Virus record (IMG/VR): IMGVR_UViG_3300005614_001084
Location: 64,001 to 128,000 of that record
Reading direction: 5' to 3' (one strand)
Length of the DNA stretch: 64,000 nucleotides
Source: a virus
Lineage: Duplodnaviria; Caudoviricetes
The position numbers and the translations under genes are program-made. The notes beneath the pieces were generated by a model. The model saw only the letters and a program-made list of their open reading frames with translations, made no database searches and had not been told where the DNA came from. How positions within the stretch are numbered: position 1 is the stretch's first letter; every line of letters starts with the position of its first letter. This document shows, one piece after another, positions 1 through 9,522 of this stretch.

Positions 1-2
1 TC

Positions 3-743
3 AACGCCTTCTCGAAATACAGCGGATTCAGCGTCTTCAAGATCATGAAGGCAGCGCGTGCCTTAGACCTGAACCTGTGGCGCGGGCTGTCCAGCGAACC
101 CGGACGTGATCGGGTACGTGATTACGACGTCAAGGACTTCCAACAGGAAGCCTTGATCAAGTACATGATGGACAATCCTTGGATCCCGAGCCCGGGATCC
201 AGTATGTCGAAGCAGGGAGAATGGGGCACTGGCAGAAAACCAGCAGCCTGCTTGCGCTGCAATCGATCCGACAAACCCCACTTCTCCAAAGGGAAATGCC
301 GCGGCTGCTACAACGCGCAGTACAAGGTCCGCAGCGGCGTCCGCTTTTCTGATCTCACGACAGAAAAAGTCGTCGCCATGAGAGAAGCCTACGCCAGCGG
401 AGTGACGCAGCCGAAGCTAGCCCTTCAGTACTCCGTCTCTAAGTCGACGGTCAGCAAGATCATTCGCGGCGAATATTGGGCCAAGGCTGGTGGGCCGATC
501 AACAAAAGAGCCAGGAAGGGCAGTCATGGAAGAGTGGGAAGAGACATGGCGTCAAGCACGCCTGCCGCGAATGGCGGCTCGAATGATCTGGAGCTACGGG
601 GCGTGGCTGGTGGGCTCGCAGGCGGAGAGATTCGCGATGAAGCAACCGCCCGCACCGGAGAAGGACTGGGACCTGTTCGTGCCGATCCACACGTGGAGAC
701 AGGCCGCGATGTCGATCCCGAAGAAGGCGACCCTCAACGGTAA
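3..743 (+). CDS. 5'-truncated protein with CxxC zinc finger and C-terminal HTH (NUMOD/HNH-associated type)
   Basis: The frame is open from the window edge. It contains CLRC...H...CRGCY, then LTTEKVVAMREAYASGVTQPKLALQYSVSKSTVSKIIRGEYW (HTH). The last ~70 aa overlap the next gene and look spurious. Confidence 0.5.
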   Translation, partial: NAFSKYSGFSVFKIMKAARALDLNLWRGLSSEPGRDRVRDYDVKDFQQEALIKYMMDNPWIPSPGSSMSKQGEWGTGRKPAACLRCNRSDKPHFSKGKCRGCYNAQYKVRSGVRFSDLTTEKVVAMREAYASGVTQPKLALQYSVSKSTVSKIIRGEYWAKAGGPINKRARKGSHGRVGRDMASSTPAANGGSNDLELRGVAGGLAGGEIRDEATARTGEGLGPVRADPHVETGRDVDPEEGDPQR

Positions 744-933
744 CCGCGGGCTTCACTTCACGATCGACGGCGTGACGTTCGACATCTGGCCGGACGAGCT
801 GTCGCGCTTCATTCAAGAAGCAACATCACCAGGACGGATCAAGGCGAAGTGGGGCTTCAGCTTCGTCGTAGACGTGCGCCACGGACTCGTCATCCGTGCC
901 GAACGTATCTTCAGATCGCCAGACCGTTTTTGA
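526..933 (+). CDS. Pol-beta superfamily minimal nucleotidyltransferase
   Basis: WLVGS...KDWDLFV...FDIW matches the GS + DxD + third Asp signature. Confidence 0.55.
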   Translation: MEEWEETWRQARLPRMAARMIWSYGAWLVGSQAERFAMKQPPAPEKDWDLFVPIHTWRQAAMSIPKKATLNGNRGLHFTIDGVTFDIWPDELSRFIQEATSPGRIKAKWGFSFVVDVRHGLVIRAERIFRSPDRF

Positions 934-1117
934 TCATGAAGTCCTTCACCTCCCGAGGCACCGGCATCAGCAGGTCCTCGGAGGTGATGTACCGGTGCAG
1001 CACGGCGGACAGCGCGTTCTCGAAGCAGTCTTCGGGACCCACGCTGTCCATGCCGCGCACACGCACCAGGCGCTTTCCGACCTTGATCTTTGCCTCGACT
1101 ACCGTACGTTCCGTCAT
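911..1117 (-). CDS. hypothetical protein
   Basis: 68 aa, GGAG RBS, directly follows the 1188-aa gene. Confidence 0.55.
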   Translation of the reverse strand: MTERTVVEAKIKVGKRLVRVRGMDSVGPEDCFENALSAVLHRYITSEDLLMPVPREVKDFMIKNGLAI

Positions 1118-1119
1118 GA

Positions 1120-4100
1120 TCAGTCTCCTGGTTCACCCGTCGCTACGCCACCACTGACCTGCGGAAGCTGGCCGCTGATGGTCCGAAGCAGCTCTACGGC
1201 CGAGCCGAGATGCTGCATGCTCTGGTACGCGACCGGATCGCGGCTTTGCTGCTGGCGCATCACGGCTTCTCGCTGCACCTCACTGAGCCGTCCGCCCGCG
1301 GCGCCGGTGGTCGTCATGCGAATGAGCTGCTCGGCTTCGGACTGGCTGAAGCCGCCGCCTGCCATGCTGCGGAACTGCGAGACAAGATCACCGCTACCCG
1401 AGACACCCATTCCGGAGAGATGCGTCTGAAGCTGACGCGCCACCTCGTCGGCCCCAGCGCCACCACGCTGAAGAATCGCCATCGCACGGCGAGCATCGAC
1501 CTGACGTCCACCGACGGTGATCCCGGCCTCGCTGAAGCTGTTGCCGGTCAGCATGCCGAGCGCAGTCTCCGCGCTCTGCGCGCCACCACGACGGCCGCCA
1601 CCGGTGAGCGCGCGCACCTGCTGCCGGATACCGGCACCGGCACCGAGCACTTCGCGCCCGAACTCGTCTCCACCCAAGCTCTCGCTGAGCGCGCGGTACT
1701 CCGCCGACGAGGTGTCCATGCGCGCGAGCTGCATCATGGTGTCCTGCGCCGCGGTGTTCAGGGACGAACCGCTCTGCGACAGATCGCGGAAGCGACCCGC
1801 CAGGGCACCAAACTGGCGCCCCATCGAAGTGTCGCCGAGGCGGCGGGCGAGCCGACTGTAGTCGGCACCTGTGCTGAGCCGGCCCTCGATCAGCTCGCGC
1901 TGACGACCTTCGTCGATCCCGAAACGCTCGAACTCCGATCCGATACCTCCGCCCGAGCGGATATTCTCTTCCATCTGCTGGATCATGGAACGCGCAGCAC
2001 GGCCCTCGGCCGAGCCCTCGTCGGCGTAGGCTCCGCCCTGCGCCATCACGTCCTGGCGAAGAAGCTCCAGCTCCGCTTGCTGGCCTGCACGATCGCCGCT
2101 CATGCCAGACATCCGACGGATGCGGCGCGTGAACATGTCGGAGCCACCGACCGAGCGTACGGCCTCCTCGCTGACGCCACGGAGCCCTTGGAGCTGCATC
2201 GCTGCCGCTGCGCCGCCCCCAGCCGCCCTCCGGCCCAAGGAACGCTCGATGTCTGCCTCGGAGTAGCCGGAGCGGCGCAGAAGGGCGGCCTGGGTCTCGC
2301 GCGCCCCGGCTTCGTCCATCGAAGCTCCTGGACCGCCTGCCTCACGACCCAGCCGTTCGGCGAGGTGGCCGCCACCGGTGATGAAGCTCGCCGCCTGATC
2401 GGCAGGCGTCATGATCTGCTCCATCTGACCGCTGCCCATACCGAGCATGCGCATGATGTCGCGGCCCATGCCTCCGAGCGTATCGCCGCCGCCACGGGCG
2501 TTCGCCAGGCCTGCTCGGGTCGGAGAGACACCACCGACACGCATCCCGTTCTGCGCCATGAAGGCGTCGACCGCGTTCGCCGAGGCCCCGCCGTTCATGT
2601 ACTGGTAGAAGTTCGACGCGTTGCCGCCGGCCGCAGCCATCACCTGCGCGTTCATGATGTCGCGTCGAGTCGCGTTCGCGTCCGCGCTGAGGCGCTGAAG
2701 CTGATTGGCGTCTGCACCGAACACCGCTCCCGATCTCGCCATCTGAGCGGAGTCGACCGCCTCCATGAGCTGCGACGCCCCCATGCCACGGACTCCTCGG
2801 ACCCCGCGCGCCGTCAAGCTCTCGCCCACGCTCATGTATCCGGTCTCGATGCCGAGCCCACGAAGCATGCGCTGGGCGAGAGGCGTTCCGAAGGCCTGAG
2901 ATCCAGACACCCCGGCACCGCTGACCCCAGAGCCAACGGAAAGCCGATCCATGTCCGACTGCGAAGCCTGTCCGATGCTCATCCGAGCCATGGCTCGGCG
3001 ATCTTCTGTCGTCATGCTGCTGGCGGTGACGCCGAGCACGTCGTTCATCGTGCGCTCGGCGAGCGACGAGATACGGGTGAGGAAGCTACGGCCCAGCTCG
3101 CGCGCACGCGTGACGCCCATCGTGTCGGACATCCCGTGTTCGAGATGACGCATGAAACCGTCGAAGCTGCGGTTCTCCGAGATGTCCTGCGACAGCGCCT
3201 GCTGACGACCCGACGCCATGCGATCGATGCTCTCCGACGATGCGATCGCGCCCTGATTGCGCATCAGGCTCATCATCATCTCGGACTGCGGCCGATCCAT
3301 GTGGAACCGTCGCTGGAGAACCAGGCTGGCGAGATCGTCACCCTGGTCGAGCACACGGTCGCCTACCATCAGGCGCATCATGCCGATCTGGGCAGCCATA
3401 CCGCCCTGCTCCATCACGGCGCCGCGCAGCATGCCCTCACGGTTCAACGCCCGAGCGCGACCCATGCCGCCGACACGTCCGTGAGCGGCTCGACTCACCT
3501 CGCCGGTGGTCAGGTCGCCGGACATCATGCGCTGCATCATGTCCTGATCGAGCCCGGTACCGTTAGCGTTCGACATCGCGAAGAGCGAGTACCGCCCCAT
3601 GCCGGTGCGACTGAACTGTCCCGCACGCTGAAGCATGTTCGTGGTGAAGGCTGCTATCGCCTCCGGACCCTGAAGACCTCCCGTTGCCTCCGACAACATC
3701 TCCTGGTTGATGGCACCCGAGCTGAGGGCCGCTCCGAGCGTCTGCGCGCCCCGAAGCGCACCCATGGCGCCCTGACGACCGAGCCCACCGAAGCCTCGGC
3801 TGATCTGCGAGCCCTGCGCACTGAGTGCGATCAAGCTCTGACGATCCATACCCGTGACGGCCTCGGCGCTACGCACCTCTGCCGCGAAGTTCGACTGATC
3901 GCTCGACCTGAAGATACCGCTCTGTTGCGCACCTCGGACGAACTGAAGCGCGTCCGTGAGCGTGCCGCCTAGCTCACGCTGCACGTCCCGAAGCGTGTTC
4001 AGCATCGTGCGGAAGCGCTGCGTGAACTGCTGCACGTCGCGCACCGCGGTGAACATGCCGGAGTCCGCGCCGCCCTGGACCAACGACGTCATCTCTTGGG

Positions 4101-4686
4101 CCGAGCTGAACGGACTGCGGCGCAGCTCGCCGCCCATCATCGATCCGATCTGACCCATCTGCTGCTGGCTGAAGCCGCGCCCGAAGGCGCCCTGCCCGCC
4201 CATGAACTGGAAGTTGTTGCGGAGCGTTGAGTTCAAGGCCGCCTGCTCGTGCATGCCTCCGGCGAACGCTCCTCCATAGACCTGAGCCGCTTGGCCCGCA
4301 GCGTAGAGCGGCAGACCCATCGCGGCCCCGCCCACGGCACCCATCGCGGCCCCGCCCATTCCGAAGCGGGCTCCCATCATCGCACCGCTGAACGGATCCA
4401 TCGGGATAGGCGCGAAAGCGCTCATCATACCGAGCCCAGCCATGCCGACGCCCATTGCGGTCGTGCCCAGGTTTCCCATGCGGGCCGCGACCTGCTCCCC
4501 GTACATCCCACCCATACCTCCACGCATCGCGCCGATCGCGCTGAGCTGGGGCATCTGGGGCGCACCCATCATCGGCATCTGGCCGCCGCCCATGCCGATC
4601 TGCTGGGCATAACCGCCATAGCCGGCGAACATGCCCATCTGCTGGCCCACCATGCCAGAGATCATCGCGGATGTGTACACAGTCAT
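1120..4686 (-). CDS. tape-measure-like / ejected virion protein (1188 aa, G/A/M/Q/R-rich, no Lys, Cys or Trp)
   Basis: Very long, predominantly helical-looking low-complexity protein with hydrophobic Gly/Met segments near the N-terminus, in a phage context. Confidence 0.6.
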   Translation of the reverse strand: MTVYTSAMISGMVGQQMGMFAGYGGYAQQIGMGGGQMPMMGAPQMPQLSAIGAMRGGMGGMYGEQVAARMGNLGTTAMGVGMAGLGMMSAFAPIPMDPFSGAMMGARFGMGGAAMGAVGGAAMGLPLYAAGQAAQVYGGAFAGGMHEQAALNSTLRNNFQFMGGQGAFGRGFSQQQMGQIGSMMGGELRRSPFSSAQEMTSLVQGGADSGMFTAVRDVQQFTQRFRTMLNTLRDVQRELGGTLTDALQFVRGAQQSGIFRSSDQSNFAAEVRSAEAVTGMDRQSLIALSAQGSQISRGFGGLGRQGAMGALRGAQTLGAALSSGAINQEMLSEATGGLQGPEAIAAFTTNMLQRAGQFSRTGMGRYSLFAMSNANGTGLDQDMMQRMMSGDLTTGEVSRAAHGRVGGMGRARALNREGMLRGAVMEQGGMAAQIGMMRLMVGDRVLDQGDDLASLVLQRRFHMDRPQSEMMMSLMRNQGAIASSESIDRMASGRQQALSQDISENRSFDGFMRHLEHGMSDTMGVTRARELGRSFLTRISSLAERTMNDVLGVTASSMTTEDRRAMARMSIGQASQSDMDRLSVGSGVSGAGVSGSQAFGTPLAQRMLRGLGIETGYMSVGESLTARGVRGVRGMGASQLMEAVDSAQMARSGAVFGADANQLQRLSADANATRRDIMNAQVMAAAGGNASNFYQYMNGGASANAVDAFMAQNGMRVGGVSPTRAGLANARGGGDTLGGMGRDIMRMLGMGSGQMEQIMTPADQAASFITGGGHLAERLGREAGGPGASMDEAGARETQAALLRRSGYSEADIERSLGRRAAGGGAAAAMQLQGLRGVSEEAVRSVGGSDMFTRRIRRMSGMSGDRAGQQAELELLRQDVMAQGGAYADEGSAEGRAARSMIQQMEENIRSGGGIGSEFERFGIDEGRQRELIEGRLSTGADYSRLARRLGDTSMGRQFGALAGRFRDLSQSGSSLNTAAQDTMMQLARMDTSSAEYRALSESLGGDEFGREVLGAGAGIRQQVRALTGGGRRGGAQSAETALGMLTGNSFSEAGITVGGRQVDARRAMAILQRGGAGADEVARQLQTHLSGMGVSGSGDLVSQFRSMAGGGFSQSEAEQLIRMTTTGAAGGRLSEVQREAVMRQQQSRDPVAYQSMQHLGSAVELLRTISGQLPQVSGGVATGEPGD

Positions 4687-4723
4687 CGCAGGTGTTAGCG
4701 TACCCGAATCCCCTGACTTCGCC

Positions 4724-4742
4724 TATCAGCTCTCGAAGGAGG
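4724..4742 (+). promoter_or_regulatory. CTATMAG phage promoter box plus SD
   Basis: GCCTATCAG-N8-GGAGG-N4-ATG; the same box recurs before many gene starts in the window. Confidence 0.55.
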
Positions 4743-4746
4743 ATCC

Positions 4747-5100
4747 ATGTCCCAGGACAATCGATGGAAGTGCCCGAAGTGCGACAAGATGAACATGCCG
4801 ACGAACCTCGCGTGCAGCGAGTGTGCGACCGCCAACCCGCAGGTGCAGCAGACCGGCGGGGTCGTGCTGGTGCCGAGGATCGGCAACGTGCAGGCGTACG
4901 TCACGCTCGAAGGCGACGGCATCCAGCGTCAGCCCTACGCAAAGTTCGGCCGGATCAAGGTCGGTGAGGATCCGCGTCCACTCAACCTCTTCAACATGGA
5001 GGAGGTTGCGGCGCTGCACGCTCTCACCGAGCAGGTCTTGCGTGAGGCGTACAGGATGCAAACGATCGTCGTGCCCGCGCTGATGGAGGAAAAGGGATGA
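4747..5100 (+). CDS. RanBP2-type zinc finger protein
   Basis: WKCPKCDKMNMPTNLACSEC = W-x-C-x2-C-x3-N-x6-C-x2-C. Confidence 0.65.
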   Translation: MSQDNRWKCPKCDKMNMPTNLACSECATANPQVQQTGGVVLVPRIGNVQAYVTLEGDGIQRQPYAKFGRIKVGEDPRPLNLFNMEEVAALHALTEQVLREAYRMQTIVVPALMEEKG

Positions 5101-5855
5101 ATCACGTCAACGTGATCGTGCTGTTCGGCGTGAAGGGCAGTGGCAAAGACACCGTCGGCCACTACCTGCACAACGAGCACAACTTCGCTCCCGACAGCTT
5201 CGCCTCGCCGCTGAAGAAGATGGTGAAGCTGGCGTTCCCCGACTTCACCGAGGTCGATCTCTACGGGCCCAGCGCAGGACGCGAGCGTCAGTACGCGCAG
5301 TACCCGAAGACCGACGACTGCCTGAAGTGCGGATCGGTTCTATTCGATAACGCTAAGTCGCCTATCGGAGCTGAGTTGATCTGTACAGCCTGCGGTTCCA
5401 CCTACCCGTACGACGTGAACCCAAGGATCGCACTACAAACGCTGGGCACCGAGTGGGGGCGTCGCCTCTACAAAGACATATGGGTCGACGCCGCGGTGCA
5501 GCGCGTCAGAGCCGAACGCCTGGACTGGCGCAAGCGGCTGTTCGGTCGTAACCAGACCTACTTCCCTCCACCCGGCTTCGCGATCGAGTTCGAGAACGAG
5601 CCGAAGTTCGTCTTCACGGACGGGCGCTTCGCCAACGAGCAGGTGCGATGCGCCGAGATGGGCGCGACAACCGTGCTACTCCTGCGGAAGCTGGAGGAGT
5701 CGGAAGACACCCACGCCAGCGAGGCCGAGCTGAAGACGATCCCGCGCGAGAAGTTCGACTACGTCCTCGACAACCGCGGCACGCTCGAAGAGCTGCCGAG
5801 CAAGATCGAGGAGATGCTCAAGGCCCTGCGAGATCCGGGCCCACCTCACCTATAA
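5097..5855 (+). CDS. deoxynucleoside monophosphate kinase with inserted zinc ribbon
   Basis: P-loop GVKGSGKDT, SFASPLK, RIALQTLGTEWGR, TDGRFANE and HASE motifs of T4 gp1-like kinases; CLKC...CTAC insert. Confidence 0.85.
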   Translation: MNHVNVIVLFGVKGSGKDTVGHYLHNEHNFAPDSFASPLKKMVKLAFPDFTEVDLYGPSAGRERQYAQYPKTDDCLKCGSVLFDNAKSPIGAELICTACGSTYPYDVNPRIALQTLGTEWGRRLYKDIWVDAAVQRVRAERLDWRKRLFGRNQTYFPPPGFAIEFENEPKFVFTDGRFANEQVRCAEMGATTVLLLRKLEESEDTHASEAELKTIPREKFDYVLDNRGTLEELPSKIEEMLKALRDPGPPHL

Positions 5856-5894
5856 GCAAGTGAGAGGCGCATCCTCCTTCGTGTTCTCTCCCCA

Positions 5895-5949
5895 CCGTGA
5901 ACCCGCAACGCAGGTATCCAGCCATGGGTGCCTGCGTTGCGGGGCACGG
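5895..5949 (+). other. long 5'-UTR stem-loop
   Basis: CCCGCAACGCAGGTATCCA / TGGGTGCCTGCGTTGCGGG forms a 19-bp stem with G-U pairs, plus an outer CCGTG/CACGG stem. It lies downstream of TATAAG at 5851. Confidence 0.6.
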
Positions 5950-5968
5950 CCTATTCGTTTGGAGATCT

Positions 5969-6628
5969 ATGAGCATCACGTTCGCCAAGACCGTCCACCG
6001 GACGAACCCCAGCCTCCTCGCCGAAGGCTCGCCCCGGCCCGAGCCGCTGGTGTTCAAGAAACAGCGCGGCAACGCGTACGAAGACGACTACGAGGACGAG
6101 TACGGGCTGTGGAAGCACGAGCATCCGATCATGGCTGAGGGTCCGATCTGGCTCTACATCATGACGTACGAATGGCCGAGCGAGAGGTTCGAGAAGCCGC
6201 GACATCGCTGGGCTTCCGATCTCATCGCGGTGTCGCCCTTCTTCGCCACCGACACCTCCATCATCAGCGCGATGAACAGCATGGGCGACTATCTCGAAGA
6301 GAGCTGGGACGGCCTCAATGATGCGGGGAAGGAGGCCGCGATCTGCGAGATGCTGATCGACTACGGCGTCAAACTCACCGTCATCACGAAGACCAGCACA
6401 AGAGCAAAGGGTCCGTTCAAGGGCTGCGCGGTCGAGGCTTCAGTCGCCAGCTTCCTGTGGGGCTTCGTCGCCGACCGTCAGGTCAACGCCATCGGCAGTT
6501 CGGGCTGGGACTTCCTGAGTGGAGACCTCGGGCTCGGCGAGCACAAGAAGACGCCCGATGGCTTCCAAGTCAAGGTGATCGACTGGTTGAACAACCGCTA
6601 CCCAGATCGTAAGGAGCATCACACGTGA
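5969..6628 (+). CDS. hypothetical protein
   Basis: GGAG RBS, typical codon usage. Confidence 0.65.
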   Translation: MSITFAKTVHRTNPSLLAEGSPRPEPLVFKKQRGNAYEDDYEDEYGLWKHEHPIMAEGPIWLYIMTYEWPSERFEKPRHRWASDLIAVSPFFATDTSIISAMNSMGDYLEESWDGLNDAGKEAAICEMLIDYGVKLTVITKTSTRAKGPFKGCAVEASVASFLWGFVADRQVNAIGSSGWDFLSGDLGLGEHKKTPDGFQVKVIDWLNNRYPDRKEHHT

Positions 6629-6939
6629 AAAAGGAACCGCCTCCTCTGAGCCAGTGGCAGCTTCTGCGAGCGAACCAGCTCGCGCTGAACAAGGAGGGAA
6701 TCGCGCTGCACGCCGGATACTTCGGTGATCGCCCCGCCGCCTACCTCTGCGCCGTAGTACCGGAGAAGGGTGGAGGCGTCCGGCTCGATCCCATAGCGTT
6801 ACTGCTCGACGAGACCATCATCGAGGAGTTCCGCACGAAGCTCGCCAGCATGGTGGGCCACGAGCTGGAGAGCCCACACACCCACGTGCTCCGCGACTCC
6901 GAAGACATGAAAGACCACGACCCCGAGGAGCCCAACTGA
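6625..6939 (+). CDS. hypothetical protein
   Basis: GTGA overlap with the previous gene, AAGGAG RBS. Confidence 0.6.
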   Translation: MKKEPPPLSQWQLLRANQLALNKEGIALHAGYFGDRPAAYLCAVVPEKGGGVRLDPIALLLDETIIEEFRTKLASMVGHELESPHTHVLRDSEDMKDHDPEEPN

Positions 6940-7163
6940 TGATCGCACATCTCACACCAGCCTACGGCAAGGACTACCGCGCCAAGCGAGAGATCGTCAG
7001 CACACTGAAGGGCGGTGGCGATTTCATCCTGAACGATCCCAGCTCACGCTGGAACAACCGACCGATCAATCTGCCGCAGCTTAAAGAAGCCGGCTACACC
7101 AGCGTGACCGTACGCTTCAACAAGCTGAAGCGCGTCACCTCCGTCACGCTGAGCAAGCTGTGA
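6939..7163 (+). CDS. hypothetical protein
   Basis: Coupled start/stop, GAGGAG RBS. Confidence 0.65.
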   Translation: MIAHLTPAYGKDYRAKREIVSTLKGGGDFILNDPSSRWNNRPINLPQLKEAGYTSVTVRFNKLKRVTSVTLSKL

Positions 7164-7299
7164 GCTACGGCGGCGACGTTGGAGAAGAGTGCGCGTGCTG
7201 TCACCAGATCATCAAGCTGGATTACGACGGCACCTACGAATGTGCCTGCACCGCGGGCGAATGCGACAACTGCTGCAACGATCACAGCGAGGAAGAACA

Positions 7300-7623
7300 A
7301 TGAGCTGGATCAGGCTCCGCGAAGTGAATCAGTGGAACGTGATCAGCTACTCGGAATCGACGGTTCTGACGCGAACCCTCAACGGCCACGGCCTCATCAA
7401 GCTCGAAGAGCGTTCGATGCCGGTACGATGGCCCGACGGCACGACTGAGTACATCGATCTCAAGAGCGTCAAGACCCAGGTCGACACGTACGACATGGGG
7501 TCGACCCACAAAACCGAGCAGACCCGCTTCGGTTTCTGGACCAAGGTCCACGGCCTGCTGCTCTGGGTCGACATCTGCGGAGTCGAGGTGCGCACCGATT
7601 ACCTCGGCAGGAACGAGCCGTGA
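7300..7623 (+). CDS. hypothetical protein
   Basis: GAGG RBS, protein-like sequence. Confidence 0.55.
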   Translation: MSWIRLREVNQWNVISYSESTVLTRTLNGHGLIKLEERSMPVRWPDGTTEYIDLKSVKTQVDTYDMGSTHKTEQTRFGFWTKVHGLLLWVDICGVEVRTDYLGRNEP

Positions 7624-8246
7624 ACGAGCGCTGCCCCAGCACGACAGTCACCGGCCTGCTCGAAGCTGCGGAGTCGAACTCGATGTTCGACTACTACAGC
7701 GATCGCTGGCGGCAAGACAGCGCATTCGGCCGCGTGGAGTGGGTCGGCACGATGCTAGGCCGCCTGGCGGACCGGAAGCTCGTCGACTGGTCCGGCGACA
7801 TGTCCGACGTTACGATCACCGAACTGGGCAAGAAGTATCTGGCCTGGTTGCGCGGCGGACGCCGTGGGCCCAACCCGTGTAGGAGTTCCGATGAAGCACC
7901 GTTGGTGGAGGTGGCGCGTACGGCGCCACAAGATCACAGTGATCGACAACGAGACGCAACGACTGACCGAGCCAAGATCACGGCTTCGGTGGCAGGCACT
8001 GCGCGTATCGACGGAGGAGTTCATCCTCCACGCCAAGCTCAACGTAGGCTACAACATCCGCCCGCTGATGTTCGTCGTTCGCAAGACCGACAACGCTCGA
8101 AGGCGGGCGCGACGCCGGCTCGTCAGCAGGTGATCAGTGCCAGCGCGCCGGCAGCCAGCCCACGGGGTAGCCGAACAGCGCGGAGAGCAGCCAGAAGCAC
8201 GCCACGACGATGATGACGGCTCGCGCAACGCGAGCCATGAGGAACC

Positions 8247-8807
8247 ATGAAGACCATCCTGAAGATCCGTAAGTCCGACGACGTGCTCGACGACACCGCA
8301 TACCCCGTCCGCAGACTCATCATCGAGAACGGACGGATCATCGATCACATCGACGAGAACAAGGAAGCCGCCTACAGCTACATCGGCATGCCTGGCAAGG
8401 GCAGCACGATGCACGACCTCGACATCTGGCTGTCCTACCGCTGCCGGCCCGACGTCCACCCGATGAACTTCCACGAGGCGCAAGAGTTCGGGTTCCACAG
8501 CACCGGAAAGTGGGAGGAGATCAACGATTCCTGGGGCATGATGAACCTGCTGCGCGCGGGTGAGCAACCGGTCGAAGGTCCGGTCGACGATAACGTACCG
8601 GAGAGCAAGATCTGCCGATGCCCCGCACCACACCCCGGCCACGTCCCGGTCCAGCACGTCGAGGGCTGTCACGTCGGCAAGACCATCGCAGCCGTGGGCT
8701 GCTCGTTCTGTGGTGCTAAGGCCGGCCAGCCCTGCGTCGCAGACGGAGGCACCTGGATCATGCCGGGCATCCACAACGCAGTCCGCAAGCTGCCCGAGGA
8801 CGCGTGA
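8247..8807 (+). CDS. hypothetical protein with C-terminal Cys/His zinc-finger-like region
   Basis: GAGGA RBS; CSFCGAKAGQPC...H motif. Confidence 0.6.
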   Translation: MKTILKIRKSDDVLDDTAYPVRRLIIENGRIIDHIDENKEAAYSYIGMPGKGSTMHDLDIWLSYRCRPDVHPMNFHEAQEFGFHSTGKWEEINDSWGMMNLLRAGEQPVEGPVDDNVPESKICRCPAPHPGHVPVQHVEGCHVGKTIAAVGCSFCGAKAGQPCVADGGTWIMPGIHNAVRKLPEDA

Positions 8808-9134
8808 ACGGCAACCCAACGATCGGCAAGACGCCGTCGGGCACTGGCTGGAAGGTCTACGTGATCGGCCAGCCCAACAGCCACTTCTCGGACTGGCGTG
8901 GATCGAACATGCGCATCATCCCGCTGCCCGGTCAGCCCAGTCGCGGCTTCACCTCACGGAGTACGCGCTGGAGCACCTCAACAAGTCGGTGCCGAAGGGC
9001 GAGGACGATCCCGACTATCGACGCTGGCTGAGGCGCTTCGACGGCTCGTTCATGACCGAAGATCGGTTCAAGAGCCTCGAAGAACGGGATGTGGTCTATC
9101 AAGAAGGAACCTGGCGGTTCCGGGAGAAGAAGGC

Positions 9135-9488
9135 GTGAAGTTCATCGTCGAGATCGAGCTGGGCAACGACGCGATGCAGACGAACCGGGACGTCTCCAAG
9201 GCGTTGCGTCAGGTCGCCAAGGAGGTCGACCACCAGGGCGCAATGTTCCGCAAGCCCACAGAGTTCAAGATCAGAGACCTCAACGGCAACACCGTAGGAC
9301 GCTACGAAACAGCCGACGAACCCAAGAAACCTGCCCGCGATAGCTACCCATCAATGGGCCAGAACCTACAGCTACTGGTTCACGTAGCTACGATCCTGAA
9401 AGACCGCCTGAAGGATCAGAGACTGTCTGAGCTATTCCAGCCCGAGGAGCTGGAGAGCCTCCACAAGATCAGCGCTTGGGCAAAGTGA
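9135..9488 (+). CDS. hypothetical phage protein
   Basis: FIVEIELGNDAM...IRDLNGNTVG motif common in small phage proteins. Confidence 0.6.
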   Translation: MKFIVEIELGNDAMQTNRDVSKALRQVAKEVDHQGAMFRKPTEFKIRDLNGNTVGRYETADEPKKPARDSYPSMGQNLQLLVHVATILKDRLKDQRLSELFQPEELESLHKISAWAK

Positions 9489-9490
9489 AG

Positions 9491-9519
9491 AAGGGGACCT
9501 CGCGGTCCCCTTTCTTTTG
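9491..9519 (+). terminator. intrinsic terminator closing the plus-strand island
   Basis: AGGGGACC-TCGC-GGTCCCCT followed by TTCTTTT between convergent genes. Confidence 0.75.
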
Positions 9520-9522
9520 CCC

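Noticed and set aside
1210-3972. 920-aa plus-strand ORF and similar long antisense ORFs (12944-15004, 15290-17101, 43546-44976, 46432-47757, 60719-61969)
   Set aside because: These are shadow ORFs opposite real genes, caused by GC-rich codon bias; they are His/Arg-rich with no RBS or motifs.
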